A stretch of DNA of 63,048 bases, filler included, from Octopus bimaculoides (taxonomy: Eukaryota), in NCBI RefSeq assembly GCF_001194135.2. It is 11 parts of 11 records of this genome, joined end to end, with 100 filler letters (N's around TTAATTAATTAA, not from the genome) between each part and the next. Parts side by side here need not be neighbours in the genome. Positions count along the whole stretch, not along the records: positions 37,433 to 40,910 come from NC_069008.1; positions 41,011 to 49,367 come from NW_026382286.1; positions 49,468 to 51,545 come from NC_068988.1; positions 51,646 to 53,979 come from NW_026370566.1; 7 more parts are not named here. One strand, 5' to 3'. A program made the position numbers and the translations under genes. Below the pieces are notes generated by a model. That model was not told the origin of the DNA, made no database searches, and saw nothing but the letters and a program-made list of their open reading frames with translations. Shown here one piece after another: positions 39,425-53,643 of this stretch (within the stretch, counting starts at the first letter, position 1; every line of letters starts with the position of its first letter).

Positions 39425-39600
39425 GGGAGAATTCACAAAAATAAACAAAAATAAAAGACGAAGACAGGTGGTGTAGAAAACAAACAGATGTATTAGTATA
39501 ACGCTCGGGAATTGAAAAATTCTTTAACGTTTCGAGCCTACGCTCTTACACAGAAAGGTACACAGAAAGAAACGAGAGAAAAAAGGGGAGAAAAAATATA
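39425..39600 (-). mobile_element. Non-autonomous Penelope-like repeat with a degenerate hammerhead fold (family P)
   Basis: Same sequence as 57245-57545 (+) and 60535-60720 (-); each abuts (TA)n. Confidence 0.55.
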
Positions 39601-40642
39601 TACACACACATATATACATATACATACATGCATACATACACACGCATACATTCATATACATACCAGCATACATACATACATGCACGCATACATACATACA
39701 TACACATACGTACACACATATATACATATATATACATACACACACATACATACACATACATACATACACACCCATACATACACACACATACATCCACACA
39801 TACATACATACACAGTCATATACACATACATATACATACATGCATACATACATATTGTCTCTCGATTCCTTGCGAACTTTACGGCAACCGATTGGTATAA
39901 TCCCAAACAGGTCAGTCAGATTTTCTCACACAACTGGCACCCACACCACAACCAAAGATATCCCCACCACACCACCACCACAACACCCCACCCCACCACC
40001 TCCTCTACCTCAATCATCAACGACGCTTCCATCACTATTATCACACCCTCCACCACAACCACCACCACCACCACCACCACCACCACTACCACCACCACAA
40101 CTACCACCACCACCACTNNNNNNNNNNNNNNNNNNNNNNNNNNNNNNNNNNNNNNNNNNNNNNNNNNNNNNNNNNNNNNNNNNNNNNNNNNNNNNNNNNN
40201 NNNNNNNNNNNNNNNNNNNNNNNNNNNNNNNNNNNNNNNNNNNNNNNNNNNNNNNNNNNNNNNNNNNNNNNNNNNNNNNNNNNNNNNNNNNNNNNNNNNN
40301 NNNNNNNNNNNNNNNNNNNNNNNNNNNNNNNNNNNNNNNNNNNNNNNNNNNNNNNNNNNNNNNNNNNNNNNNNNNNNNNNNNNNNNNNNNNNNNNNNNNN
40401 NNNNNNNNNNNNNNNNNNNNNNNNNNNNNNNNNNNNNNNNNNNNNNNNNNNNNNNNNNNNNNNNNNNNNNNNNNNNNNNNNNNNNNNNNNNNNNNNNNNN
40501 NNNNNNNNNNNNNNNNNNNNNNNNNNNNNNNNNNNNNNNNNNNNNNNNNCATGAACGACGGAAAACAGAAAAAAAAAACAAAGATTATTTGAGGAGAGAG
40601 AGAAAAAAAAATCAAATTCTCTAATTCCGAAAAGAAAACTCT

Positions 40643-40692
<50 letters not shown>

Positions 40693-41010
40693 GTGTGTGT
40701 GAATGTATGTATGTATGTATATGTGAATGTATGTCTGTGTGCATGTATGTATGCATGAATGTATGTATGTATAAATGTGTATGTGCTTGTATATGTATGT
40801 ATATATGTATGTATGTATGCATGCATGAATGCATATATGAATGTATGTATGTATGTGCCGATACATATGTGTGTGCGTGTATATTTATCTGTCTATACAT
40901 ATGTATATATNNNNNNNNNNNNNNNNNNNNNNNNNNNNNNNNNNNNNNNNNNNNTTAATTAATTAANNNNNNNNNNNNNNNNNNNNNNNNNNNNNNNNNN
41001 NNNNNNNNNN

Positions 41011-41046
<36 letters not shown>

Positions 41047-41725
41047 AAGATTAATTGCCAACATAATGCGGTAGTCCTCGTTGGGACGAATGTTACTGTT
41101 TAGCCCCAAGAAATATCGTCTCCAGCTGGCTATACGACACACTATCTGTGTCCCTATATTTTCGAACAGGGGAGTTTAGTACCCCCACTCAGCACAAAGC
41201 AATATCACATATATTGCAAAAAATACAAATTATAAAATAAGGAACAATTATGCAAAACCTTATCCCAACAGCTATTTCAAGATTGCCATAACGTGCGTAA
41301 TAATAATATTTATAAATAACATGAGCATGATGTCATAGGTGTGCGGCCAACAACATGTTCAGATGAAATTGTTACAATAATTTAGACCCCCTTTTCAAAA
41401 GTAGAGTGGCAAGTGTGGATTGTCTAGTAGTGTTTACAAATAGAAAGTTTTAAATAGAAGTTACAGGATTAGGTGCTGGAGGAGTTGGAAGGGAATAGGG
41501 AACAGAAGGGGTAGTTTTCTTTATTTTATTTGAATTTTGTGCTCCATATATAAATAGAGACTCAAATCTAACTTTAATTATTAACCTTACTACCTCCATG
41601 ACAGCTCTATAAGGATTAATCATCTAGCTGGACCCTGGATAAAGAAGTTAAAGTTCATATCCATTTGACTCTGTGTTATTTATACTGAGCTTATTTTGCA
41701 TTCACCTCCTCTCTTTCTCCTTCTT

Positions 41726-41767
<42 letters not shown>

Positions 41768-41777
41768 NNNNNNNNNN

Positions 41778-41824
<47 letters not shown>

Positions 41825-42329
41825 GTGAATATGTATATATATATTTACACACACACATACATGCATGCACATGTATTTATCATTATAATATTAGCAGTTA
41901 TAATGTTAGACCAGAATCTTGCTAGTTGTAATAATAAAATTAGAACAGAAACAAAGAATATTTTACTAACTGTTACATTGCGAATATGCCAGGATGGGTA
42001 TTGCTTTGGTTTGGTTATTGCTGAGACCTGTACGGCACTCGCCCTTGACATTCACAGCTTTGTTGTATGTTTTGTTCATATAATTTACTAAGGCTGGCAG
42101 GTGACATGCACACATCATATCATTATTGTCTCTGAGGTCACTGTAATTTCAAAAAGAACTCTAAGTGAATATGCTTCAAATCAATACAAGAACTTGTGAT
42201 TTCATAAGAAACAAGGATTATAAAATTTCAGTAGCTATGTAGAAGTTATGACATTCATGGTTTTTTTCAAAAACTTCTAATAACATCAATGAAATGAAAT
42301 GGTTTCAAGTGGAAGCTGGGAAAATATTA

Positions 42330-43437
42330 AGTTCCTACTCTCTCATAGCTTACTCTTGAATAATAAATTCCCTTTCAGCAAGAAGCCACTTGAAGCAACT
42401 CCATTATATCACGGGCTAAGAAAGTTTTGGCTCTGAAAATTTAATGCTAGCGATTTTACATGCAAGGGAACTTGGCATTAACCCGGAATTAGATGAAGAA
42501 CCTGAGACCATTGCCACCAAACAAGGAAAACGAATTAAACAGACTGCAAAAAAGAACGGGCAGAAACAAACTGAGGAGTGGTGGAGCCAGAAGTTTTAGC
42601 ATGGACAGTACATACTTCAAAGCCGAAATGCTGATGTAGACCAAGCGACAACTCATCAGTGGCTGAGAAACTCAGGACATCTTTGCACAAGATCAAAGTT
42701 TGCTTACAAAAATCTATCAGGCCAACGTTCTGCAAAACGGTTCTGACCTTAAGTGCAAATTCTACGATACATTTGATGAAACAATAGACCATCTCATCTC
42801 GTGATGTCCTGTGTTGACACCAAACGAATACAAAACTCACCACAATAGGTTAGGACAGTATTTACGTCAGAAAATATGTAAACACTACAAAATCAGCACT
42901 CCTGCTTACTGGTACAAACATCATTCTGAGCCAGTCATTGAAGATAAAAATGCTCTGAAATTTTCCAGTCAACACCGACAGAATGATCCAGGATAATCAA
43001 CTAGACATAATCATTAAAGACAGGGAAGAAAATACTTATAGACTAATAGATGTGTTCCCAATGATAAAAATACTGCTGTAAGGGAATTTGACAACTGAAG
43101 TAAATATAAGGACCTGAAATACAAGTGATGTGGCATCTTATTGTCGGTACCCTAGGTATGATAAGAAAGGGATGTCAGAAACATTTAGATAATATCCCAG
43201 GAGAACCATGACTCAGAGAAATCCAAATGATTGCGTTGACAAGTACTGGCCTACATCCTTAGAAAAACCCTATCTATTTAAACATCTGTGTTATATTACA
43301 TGAAGATATTTTGCTGTTGCCCCTGCCACTTCCCCTCCCTAAAATTTCAATCATACTATAAAATCTCTTATCCTTCACTCATTTGAGGACGCTGGGTGTT
43401 TTGGTAAGTGAATGTAACAAAAATGCAGATTCAAAGC
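42330..43437 (+). mobile_element. R4/Dong-clade fragment A (CCHC, RLE, 3' UTR), ends at (AAT)n
   Basis: 'DETIDHLIS.CPVL...EYK..HN.LGQY' and RLE remnants; stop near 43280; (AAT)n from 43438. Confidence 0.75.
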
Positions 43438-43500
<63 letters not shown>

Positions 43501-43599
43501 CAACAACAACAATAATAATAATAATAAATTAGTAGACAATCAACACTACTAAGTAACAAGAAGAAAACAAAAATACTGTACAAATACAACATTACAGAA

Positions 43600-44825
43600 G
43601 AGGATTTACCTGAGGTAAAAGAAAAACTAAAGCAAGATATCCTTGCCAAAGCAGAAAGGATCTACCGGTATGAGAAACGCCAACGTTTCTTTGAACAACA
43701 CAAATAGTTCAACTGCAACCCCCAAAAATACTACCAAGGACTTGGCAAAATTAAAATAGACATCACTGCAGCACTGACAGAAGAAGTGGAAGAATTTTGG
43801 AAACAGATATGGCCGGTAAAGGAACATCCTCAGAAAAGGACTATTAAAACAACGAACTTAGCACTTGAGCAACTCTGGACACCTATAACAACTGAAGAGG
43901 TCACCCAGGCACTGCAAAGACTAAGCAACTGGAAGGCACCTGGGCACAACAAGATCCCAACTTCTGGTTAAAATATCTGACAGGAACACACAAAAAGTTG
44001 GCTGAAAACTTTAACGACATACTAGCAATGCCTGGATGCCTGGATGGCTCACGAAAGGGAAAACAATCCTAATTCCCAAATCCACTGAAATAGCAAAACC
44101 ACAAAACTACAGACCTATAACCTGTCTCCCTACAATCTACAAAGCTCTCTCCACCCCTTTTCTGCTTGACCCTGACATCTTTATCTGACATGCTAAATAG
44201 AAGTGGATGTGGATACAAATGTTACGGCAAAACAATCAACCACCTTTTATATATGGATGACCTAAAACTATACGCTAGAAATGATAAACAACTGGAAACA
44301 CTACTACAGACAGTACATGGATTTACCAAAGAAATAGATAAGAAATTTGGATTAGAAAAATGTGCCAAAGCAACCTTGAAAAGAGGAAAACTAGTTAAGA
44401 GAAGCAACATCACACTAAATAAAGCCAATGAAATAAGAGAACTAGACGAAAGCCAGACATACATATATTTAGGAATCAATGAACTAGATACGATACAACA
44501 CACACAAATGAAAGAGAAAATAAAGAAAGAGTATTATAGACGAGTTAGATCAATACTAAAAACAGAGCTCAATGCTAAAAACAAGATAATAGGTATCAAC
44601 ACTCTAACCGTCCCAGTTATAAGTTACATCTGCAATATCCTTAACTGGACACTAAACGAACTTACCAAAATAGACAGGAAAACAAGAAAAATAATGACAG
44701 GATCTAGGATGCACCACCCAAAATCTGACATAGAAAGGCTATATATACAACGTATAGAAGGTGGTGGAGGCCTTATACAGCTGGAAAACTATTGTAAAAT
44801 AACCACCATAGGACTGCAAAACATT
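43600..44825 (+). mobile_element. R4/Dong-clade fragment B (RT domain, internally deleted)
   Basis: 'NWKAPG', 'NYRPITCL', 'INHLLYMDDLKLYA', 'RLYIQRIEGGGGL'. Confidence 0.85.
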
Positions 44826-47800
44826 GGTTCACAGAAGTAGAGCTCAAAGCTATCAAAAGACAAGTATTGGAAAACAGCAGCAGAGGAAATGATGAAAATA
44901 TAGTTCCTAATGATAAAAGTAGCAAAAAACAGAGGTGAAATCTCTAATAAACCACAGGAAACGAACAATGATAGCTTGCTTGATGAGAGATATGTAGATG
45001 GTTTCAAAGAAGACAAAAAAACTAATGGTGACATGACAGATGAGCAAAAGTCAATCAATGACAGAATAAAGGAAAGGCTACAAGAGAACAACAATGACAT
45101 TATTTGCAACCTTGAAAAGGTTGATTGGTGGAAATTGAACCAGGAAATGAAAAATGTGAATGAAATTCTGAAATACATCAGAACACAAAACATCACAGAA
45201 ACAAATAATTTGATCAAGGCAGCAAGTATTGTTGTAGCAGAAATTGTGGGTGTTGATGTTAAAAAAAAAAATGAAATATAATGGAAGTGACAAAAGAAAA
45301 GATCTATGGTGGAAAGGAAGAATACAGGCAGAGTTAGATATGCTCTCGAAGGAAATCTCTGTGTTAGACCAAAAAGAGAAAGGAGAGCTTAAAAGCGAAC
45401 AAAAATACAGGGCACTGAACAGGAAGTATAATATTGAAAGAAAGGGCCCGGAAGTGGAAATGGAGGGACTGAAACAGCACCTCGTTGCAAAGAAAGTAAA
45501 GATGGTAAGATATGACCAAAGAATGAAGGGTTAGTAGCAGAATAGGTTATTCAGAGTAGACCAGAAGGAATTCTATAAAGAAATAAATGGAGAGTGTACA
45601 AATGAAAACTTGAAACCAGATAACATTGAAAGACAACGGTTTTGGAGTGACATCTGGAGCAAAGACAAGGAGCACAAGAAATATGCTGAATGGTTGCAAG
45701 AACTGAAACAAACACTAGTCTGTCCAAAACAGGTAGAACTAATCAATTCAGAGAATGTCATGCGTGAATAGCTGCACAACTCAACACCTTGTTAAATGCC
45801 GACCAAGTAACACCTGAGTGGTTGACAATGGGTAGGACAGTGCTGTGCTTGAAAAACATCGTAAAAGACAATGCGGTAGACAATTACAGGCCGATATCCT
45901 GTTTGCCGCTTATGTAGAAATTCTTGACTGGAATAGTTACAGAGTCAATGTACAGACATCTGGGAAAAAATGGAGTCCTGCCACATGAGCAGAAGGGGTG
46001 CAAGCATAAGTGCAGAGGTACCAAGGATCAACTCCTGGTAAACAAAACTGTACTTAGAGACTGTAACAGGAGGAAAACTAACTTATCTGTCATGGATTGA
46101 TTATCATAAAGTGTACGATATGATCCCACATTCTTGGATTATGGAATATATGAACCTATTTGGTATTGCATTGAATGTTGAGTGATTGCTTGGAAAAAGT
46201 ATGGCAAAGTGGAGGACGGAACTGATAGCACATGGAAGAAGTTTAGGGACAATAGAAATCAGGAGAGGCATCTTCCAAGGGGACCGCCTGTCCCCACTGA
46301 TCTTTGTACAATGCATGATACCACTAACACTGATTCTGAGGAAAGCAAAGGCTGGGTGTGTATTCAAAAGCCACCAACAAAAAGTCAACCACTTGTTATT
46401 CATAGATGACCACAAACTTTATGGTACAGATGAATCTCAAGTCCCTCCTTGATACGGTGTGTATTTTCAGAGCTGATATTAGAATGGAGTTCGGACTAAA
46501 AAAGTGTAGCCTTGAAAAGAGGCAAAATCAAATGTATGGACAGGATAGTGATACCATCAGGGAAGGTTATGAAGTAGATAGAAGAGACAGGCTATAAGTA
46601 CTTAGGAATATTGGAAATGGATAAATGGATGGAGAAAGAAGTGAGCGAAAAATTTAAGGTTGAGTACTTGTGCAAACTGAGACTGATCCTAACGTCGAAA
46701 TTAAACGGATGGAATAAGGGTGAAGCTATCAAAACATGGGCGGTTTCACTCCTTAGATATGGAGCAGGGATAATTGAATGGACAGTAGATGAACTAAACA
46801 GCTTAGACAGAAAGACAAGGAAGTTGCTGATATGGGATACTCCACCCAAAAAGTGACACAGAGAGATTGTATGTACCAAGAAAAAGAGGGGGAAGAGGAC
46901 TGATTGGATGCAAATAAAGCATTAGAACAAAAGAAAACAACATAGTATGGTATGTAAAAATGCCACAGAACCACTATTATTGGAAGTAAGAAGGTCAGGC
47001 TTGTGTAGGATGGAAAATTCTAAAGATAATGCACTGTGCAAGAAATTGAAAACGAATGAAGCTGAAAATAGGTGGATAAAGAAACGAATGCATGGACAAT
47101 TTTATAGGGATGTTGAAGATAAGACAGGCAGAAAAAAGGTTGGCTATGAATGACTAAAAGCGATTTAAAACTGGAAACAGACTCTAATCTGTGCTGCCCA
47201 AGAGCAAGCATCAAGAACGAATGACATCAAATACAGAATAGGCAACACATCAGAAAGCGATAAGTGCAGAATCTGTGGACAAACTATATGGCATATTACG
47301 AGTCAATGTACGCTTCTAGCCCCAAAAGAATATAAGAGACGTCATGACAATATAGCAAGAATTGTCCATTGGACACTTTGCAACAGACCAAAAAGTGGTA
47401 TGAACATAAACCCGAAGGCATCATCGAAAATGATAATGCAAAGATCCTGTGGGATTTTATGATTCAGTGCGACCATGAGATAGAGAATAGGAAACCAGAC
47501 ATAGTGTTAATTGAGAAAGAAAGCAAACGATGCTGGATGATAGATATAGCATGCTCAGATGACAACAAGGTATACGATAAGGAGGAAAGAAAAGTCGATA
47601 GATATGACAGGTTAGCTTGGGAGGTTAAGCAGTTGTGGTTGCTGAAAAATGTGGTAGTAGTACCAATAATTGTCAGACCCCTAGGAACAGTGAGTAAAAA
47701 TATTGAGAAGTACATAGAACAAATAAGGGCTGCGATAAGAGTGGAGCACTTGCAGAAAACAGCACTGCTTGGAACTGCTCGAATACTCAGAATGGTGTTT

Positions 47801-47886
47801 GAAAAATAAGAAGTATTACCTTAGTTCACTGGTAGTGAACAGCTGACACCATAGCACATCTCCAGCGTTAGAAGCTGTGCAAAGGA
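44826..47886 (+). mobile_element. R4/Dong-clade element C, near full-length decayed ORF (RT, CCHC, RLE) plus 3' UTR
   Basis: 'QKGCK', 'RGIFQGDRLSPLIF', 'NHLLFIDD', 'KPDIVLIEK...MIDIAC...KVDRY', 'LQKTALLGTARILR' stop at 47809; ends in aataataat. Confidence 0.85.
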
Positions 47887-47954
47887 AATAATAATAGTAA
47901 TAATAATTACCAAATTCTCAGTACTTAATAGCAAAAGAGGGAAGAAAGCAGCCT

Positions 47955-49021
47955 GCAGAGGATTGCGGTTGCCATCAGGAGAGACCATAGGTGAGCCCGA
48001 CGGTAGTGGGTATAGATATTCAGGGATTTTGGAGCTGGATGATACTCGACACAGAGAAAATGAAAGTCAAGGTCAGCGAGGCATATCAAAAAAGGGTGAA
48101 GACAATGTTGAAATCCAACCTGAATGCCAAAACTTTGATTACCACAATGAATATCTGGGTAATTGTGATGGTCAGATAAAATGCGTCCATCCTCAAATGG
48201 ACTAAGGAAGAAATATCAACACTGGATAGAAGAACGAGAACGTTGCTGATGCTGCATGGGGTGCTACACCCTAAAGCAAAGGTAAACAGACTGTATATGA
48301 AAAAAAGAATGGTGGCAGAGAACTAATTAGTATAGACCATTGCATAAGGAGTGAAAGGAGAACGCTTGCCGAATATTTGATAAATAGTGATGAAGACCTG
48401 CTGCAATATGCCGTGAAAGATATGAGTGTAAATGCAGATGAAATGATGGGCAAGGAAGAGTTTAACCAAAGAGCTGAAGAGAAGAGTAAAGAAGACATTC
48501 TTGAAATGAGGACGCATGGACAGTTTGAAAGGAATACAGAGGACCTTGAGGATAATACTGCATCGTGGGCTTGGCTTGAGCGAGGTGATTTGAAGCATAC
48601 CACCAAAAGCTTGATCATTGCTGCTCAAGACCAGGCTGTCGCTACTAAGTCAGTGAAGTATAACATCTGTAAAACTTCTGACACCCAGAAATGCAGACTC
48701 TGTGGAAAGAGCGTGGAAAATGTGACCCACTTGGTAAGTGAATGTGGGATCCTTGCACAAAAAGAATACAAATGCTGCCACGATAAAGTGTGTGTGTATC
48801 TTGTATCATGTATCATGTAAATACCGATATGAAGTAACAGAGAACTGGTATGAGTATGTACCAAATAAAGTTATGCAGGAGAATGGAAAAGTAACGCTAC
48901 TCTGGGACGATGATTTTCAGACAGGTCGTATAATCGAATACCGTCGGCCGGATATTGTCATATTGAATAAGAGAGACAAATACTGTCAGATCATAGATGT
49001 AGCCATACAACATGATATGAA
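47955..49021 (+). mobile_element. R4/Dong-clade fragment D (thumb, CCHC, start of RLE), cut off by the 3' tip of another family
   Basis: 'CRLCGKSVENVTHLVSEC', 'RRPDIVIL...IIDVAI'; 49022-49070 matches 10942-10990. Confidence 0.8.
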
Positions 49022-49071
49022 TGCGCTCGGTAGTGAAGTGAAAGCACGTTATAAAAATAAAACTACTGAAC

Positions 49072-49126
<55 letters not shown>

Positions 49127-49271
49127 TAGAAAGGATTGAGGTAACTCCTCCAGAAGATATAGAGTCAAAATTAAAAGAAGAGTGCCATTGATATCTAGTG
49201 AACGATATTTCGACATCTCGTGTGTCTTCAATTGGTTCAAAAATAAATGGCACTCTTCTTTTAATTTTAAC

Positions 49272-49321
<50 letters not shown>

Positions 49322-49467
49322 CCTTTCTACTGGAAGCACAAGGCCTCAAATTTGGGGAAGGGATTAANNNNNNNNNNNNNNNNNNNNNNNNNNNNNNNNN
49401 NNNNNNNNNNNTTAATTAATTAANNNNNNNNNNNNNNNNNNNNNNNNNNNNNNNNNNNNNNNNNNNN

Positions 49468-51541
49468 AAATACAGCTAGTCTTCATGTCGTAAATAGAAC
49501 AATAATTATAATAAATAAATATATATATCAACCAACAATAAGTACCAACTGAATTTATATAAAATACTTATTTCATAAAAATAGAAAAATTATTAAAAAT
49601 ATCAAAATATCAAAATAATAAACATTCTATAATCATCTCTACATCCATTATAATATATGCTAACATGTATATTATATACAAAAACCAGCTTACATAAATT
49701 ATTATCGTTTTAAATACAATTTAAACGAAGTTTAAGGTTAAGATAATAAAGATAAAATTAGTACATATTTAACCGGTATAATAGTTAAAGCTATACTATT
49801 TAAAACAAAAACATTTATTAAATTATCAATAAAAATCAATTGAATAATAGAAAAATGCAAGAATACTTATTTCTACCAACGTAGAAAAAAAATAAAAATA
49901 TGAATGAAAAAATTCTGAATGAAAAAATTAAGAATGAAAAAATTATTAAGGATAAAAGATTAAACTTTATATATACTAAGTTTTAATAAAAAAAAAACCT
50001 TTAACGATATTACAAACAATAAAGACTAATTATTAATCAAATATTATTAATCAGAAATAATCGAAAATATATCAACACTATTCAAATCGAAGTCTAATAT
50101 AGAAAAATGATACTCTAACTTCTAAATAATTTAGTGTTAAATAAGTTATCTATTAAAAATAATCTTTAAAAAAAAACAAATGAATAATATAAAATACAAG
50201 AATACATATTTTTAGTAGAAAATCGTTTAGCAATGTAAAAACAGTACTTATCCATATTTTTCCGTAATTCAAACTCTTCCGTAGCACTTATCATTAACTG
50301 CCTTTTGGGTCTTCTTGATGCCAAAATCTTCCATATATATATATTGAAGAGAGAGAAATTAATATCTGCACACTAACCATTTGAAATAACAACATATGTA
50401 CTCCTATCGGAATTTACACACCATGGACTAGAGGTTTCTTTGTCAATTCTACACAGCACAATCCTTCTATAACGAAACAACTTTAATAACCAAGATATAT
50501 TTTTATTTTCATATTTGCCTTTTTATTTTCTGTATCTCTCCCTTTCCAAAATAAATTCTTATATAATGAACTCTAATAATTCCTTCTATTGCAACTCTCT
50601 TAACTCGTCTTTGATGATGGGATATCATTTATTTCCCTGAAACAGCTGTAAACGTCCATGAAATATAGATAGGTAGGTAAAATACGGAAAAATATGGATA
50701 AGTACTGTTTTTACATTGCTAAACGATTTTCTACTATTTGAAAATATGTATTCTTGTATTTTATATTATTCATTTGGTTTTTTTAAAGATTATTTTTAAT
50801 AGATAACTTATTTAACACTAAATTATTTAGAAGTTAGAGTATCATTTCTCTATAATATTAGACTGCGATTTGAATAGTGTTGATATATTTTCGATTATTT
50901 TTGATTAATAATATTTGATTAAAATTTAGTCTTTATTGTTTATAATATCGTTAAAGGTTTCTTTTTATTATTAAAACTTAGTATATATAAAGTTTAAACT
51001 TTTATTCTTAATAATTTTTTAATTCTTAATTTTTTCATTCAGAATATTTAAACCTTAAACTTTGTTTAAATTGTATTTAAAACGATAATAATTTATGTAA
51101 GCTGGTTTTTGTATATAATATACATGTTAGCATATATTATAATGGATGTAGGGATGATTATGGAATGTTTATTAGTTTGATATTTTGATATTTTTAATAA
51201 TTTTTCTATCTTTATGAAATAAGTATTTTATATAAATTCATTTGGTACTTATTGTTGGTTGATGTATATATTTATTTATTATAATTAATGTTCTATTTAC
51301 GACCTGAAGATTAGCTGTATTTTTTAATAGAATTCCTTTTCCATAATTTTAACTGATTTTAATCGATTTAAATTTCCTTTCTATTTGAAAATTAGTTATG
51401 AAACACGTGTATTCATGTTACTATCTTTATCTTATGATATATACTTTGTTTTATATTATACTCATTTATTGTGCTTTTAATTATTATTTTTTCTATATGT
51501 GATAGTGGATTTTCATCGATGAGTTCTTGAAACTTGGTTCT
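49468..51541. mobile_element. AT-rich foldback element with long inverted arms
   Basis: 49468-50266 is the reverse complement of 50683-51323, the right arm lacking ~170 bp. The outer sequence recurs at ~37468-37575 and ~60060-60430. Confidence 0.8.
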
Positions 51542-51871
51542 TTTANNNNNNNNNNNNNNNNNNNNNNNNNNNNNNNNNNNNNNNNNNNNTTAATTAATTA
51601 ANNNNNNNNNNNNNNNNNNNNNNNNNNNNNNNNNNNNNNNNNNNNAATTATAACATGCGTTTTCTCCATTCCTTAAATTTTTAAATATACTCAAATACCC
51701 AAAATTTCAAGGAGTTCCTGCCTTAAAAACAGGAACTACACCACAGTTATTTTGTGTTCTTTGCTACATTGGTTTCTATTAACCCATTTATTCTATCAGA
51801 AGAATTTTTATTCATTAAGATAGAATAAATACATATAATTATATATATATATATATAGACAATATATATAC

Positions 51872-52442
51872 TCTTTTACTTGTTTCAGTCATTTGACTGT
51901 GGCCATGCTGGAGCACCGCCGTTAGTCGAGCAAATCGATCCCAGGACTTATTCTTTGTAAGCCTATTACTTATTCTATTGGTCTCTTTTGTCGAACCGCT
52001 AAGTTACGGGGATGTAAACACACCAGTATCGGTTGTCAAGAGATGTTAGGGGGACAAACACATACATACATATACATGATGGGCTTCTTTCAGTTTCCAT
52101 CTACCAAATCCACTCACAAGGCTTTGGTTGGCCCGAGGCTATGCAGTAGTACTGAACCCGGAATGGTGTGGTCCGTAAGCAAACTACTTACAACACAGCC
52201 ACTCCTATGCTTATATACAGATATACTCTTTACTCTTTCACTTGTTTCAGTCATTTGACTGCGGCCATGCTAGAGCACCGCCTTTAGTCGAGCAAATCGA
52301 CCCCAGGACAAATTCTTTGAAAGTCTAGTACTTATTCTATCGGTCTCTTTTTGCCGAACCACTAGATTACGGGGATGTAAACACACCAGCATCGGTTGTC
52401 AAACGATGGTGGGGGGACAAGTACAGACACAAACACGCATAT
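51872..52442 (-). mobile_element. Two tandem S1 SINE copies
   Basis: Reverse complement of the S1 tail and body, twice. Confidence 0.75.
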
Positions 52443-53643
52443 ATATATATCTTAATATATAAAGCTGAAGTTGTGTGTGTATGAAGCCTTTTTAAAAGTG
52501 TATAGAAATCCACATTTTCCACTTTTTCGTAAAATTTTTTACATCAATGGAATTTTCTGGATGTGAACTTTCCAGTGCATTAATTAGATTTTTAAAATTC
52601 CGTTTACTTTGTGTGATTTGAGGGAGATTTGGCTGTTGTTTCTAGCAACTTTTTTTATATTTCTTCCCTTCTACCTGGAACGGTGTTCTTACACACGCGC
52701 TCAACATAATATAGNNNNNNNNNNNNNNNNNNNNNNNNNNNNNNNNNNNNNNNNNNNNNNNNNNNNNNNNNNNNNNNNNNNNNNNNNNNNNNNNNNNNNN
52801 NNNNNNNNNNNNNNNNNNNNNNNNNNNNNNNNNNNNNNNNNNNNNNNNNNNNNNNNNNNNNNNNNNNNNNNNNNNNNNNNNNNNNNNNNNNNNNNNNNNN
52901 NNNNNNNNNNNNNNNNNNNNNNNNNNNNNNNNNNNNNNNNNNNNNNNNNNNNNNNNNNNNNNNNNNNNNNNNNNNNNNNNNNNNNNNNNNNNNNNNNNNN
53001 NNNNNNNNNNNNNNNNNNNNNNNNNNNNNNNNNNNNNNNNNNNNNNNNNNNNNNNNNNNNNNNNNNNNNNNNNNNNNNNNNNNNNNNNNNNNNNNNNNNN
53101 NNNNNNNNNNNNNNNNNNNNNNNNNNNNNNNNNNNNNNNNNNNNNNNNNNNNNNNNNNNNNNNNNNNNNNNNNNNNNNNNNNNNNNNNNNNNNNNNNNNN
53201 NNNNNNNNNNNNNNNNNNNNNNNNNNNNNNNNNNNNNNNNNNNNNNNNNNNNNNNNNNNNNNNNNNNNNNNNNNNNNNNNNNNNNNNNNNNNNNNNNNNN
53301 NNNNNNNNNNNNNNNNNNNNNNNNNNNNNNNNNNNNNNNNNNNNNNNNNNNNNNNNNNNNNNNNNNNNNNNNNNNNNNNNNNNNNNNNNNNNNNNNNNNN
53401 NNNNNNNNNNNNNNNNNNNNNNNNNNNNNNGTGCGTATGTACATCCGTAGATTTCTAATGAAGTAATAGGCAGTGAAGAGAAGCCGTCATAAGAAAACTT
53501 TTAACTACCTCTATTCCTTTCTCCCCCTCTCTCTACTTCTACCTCTCTCGCTCTCTCAAATGCATACATGTGCAAGTACACAACCATTCAGTAAAATATA
53601 ACTCATGTTCGTCAATGTTTTGTAAATATACCACGATTTTCAC

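Noticed and set aside
41880-42080. 'NLASCNNKIRTE' as a third LRR exon
   Set aside because: Does not fit the LxxLxLxxN register or 72-bp splice boundaries.
49468-51541. Very AT-rich stretch considered as a mitochondrial insertion (NUMT)
   Set aside because: No mitochondrial ORF, rRNA or tRNA motifs seen; explained by the inverted-repeat family.
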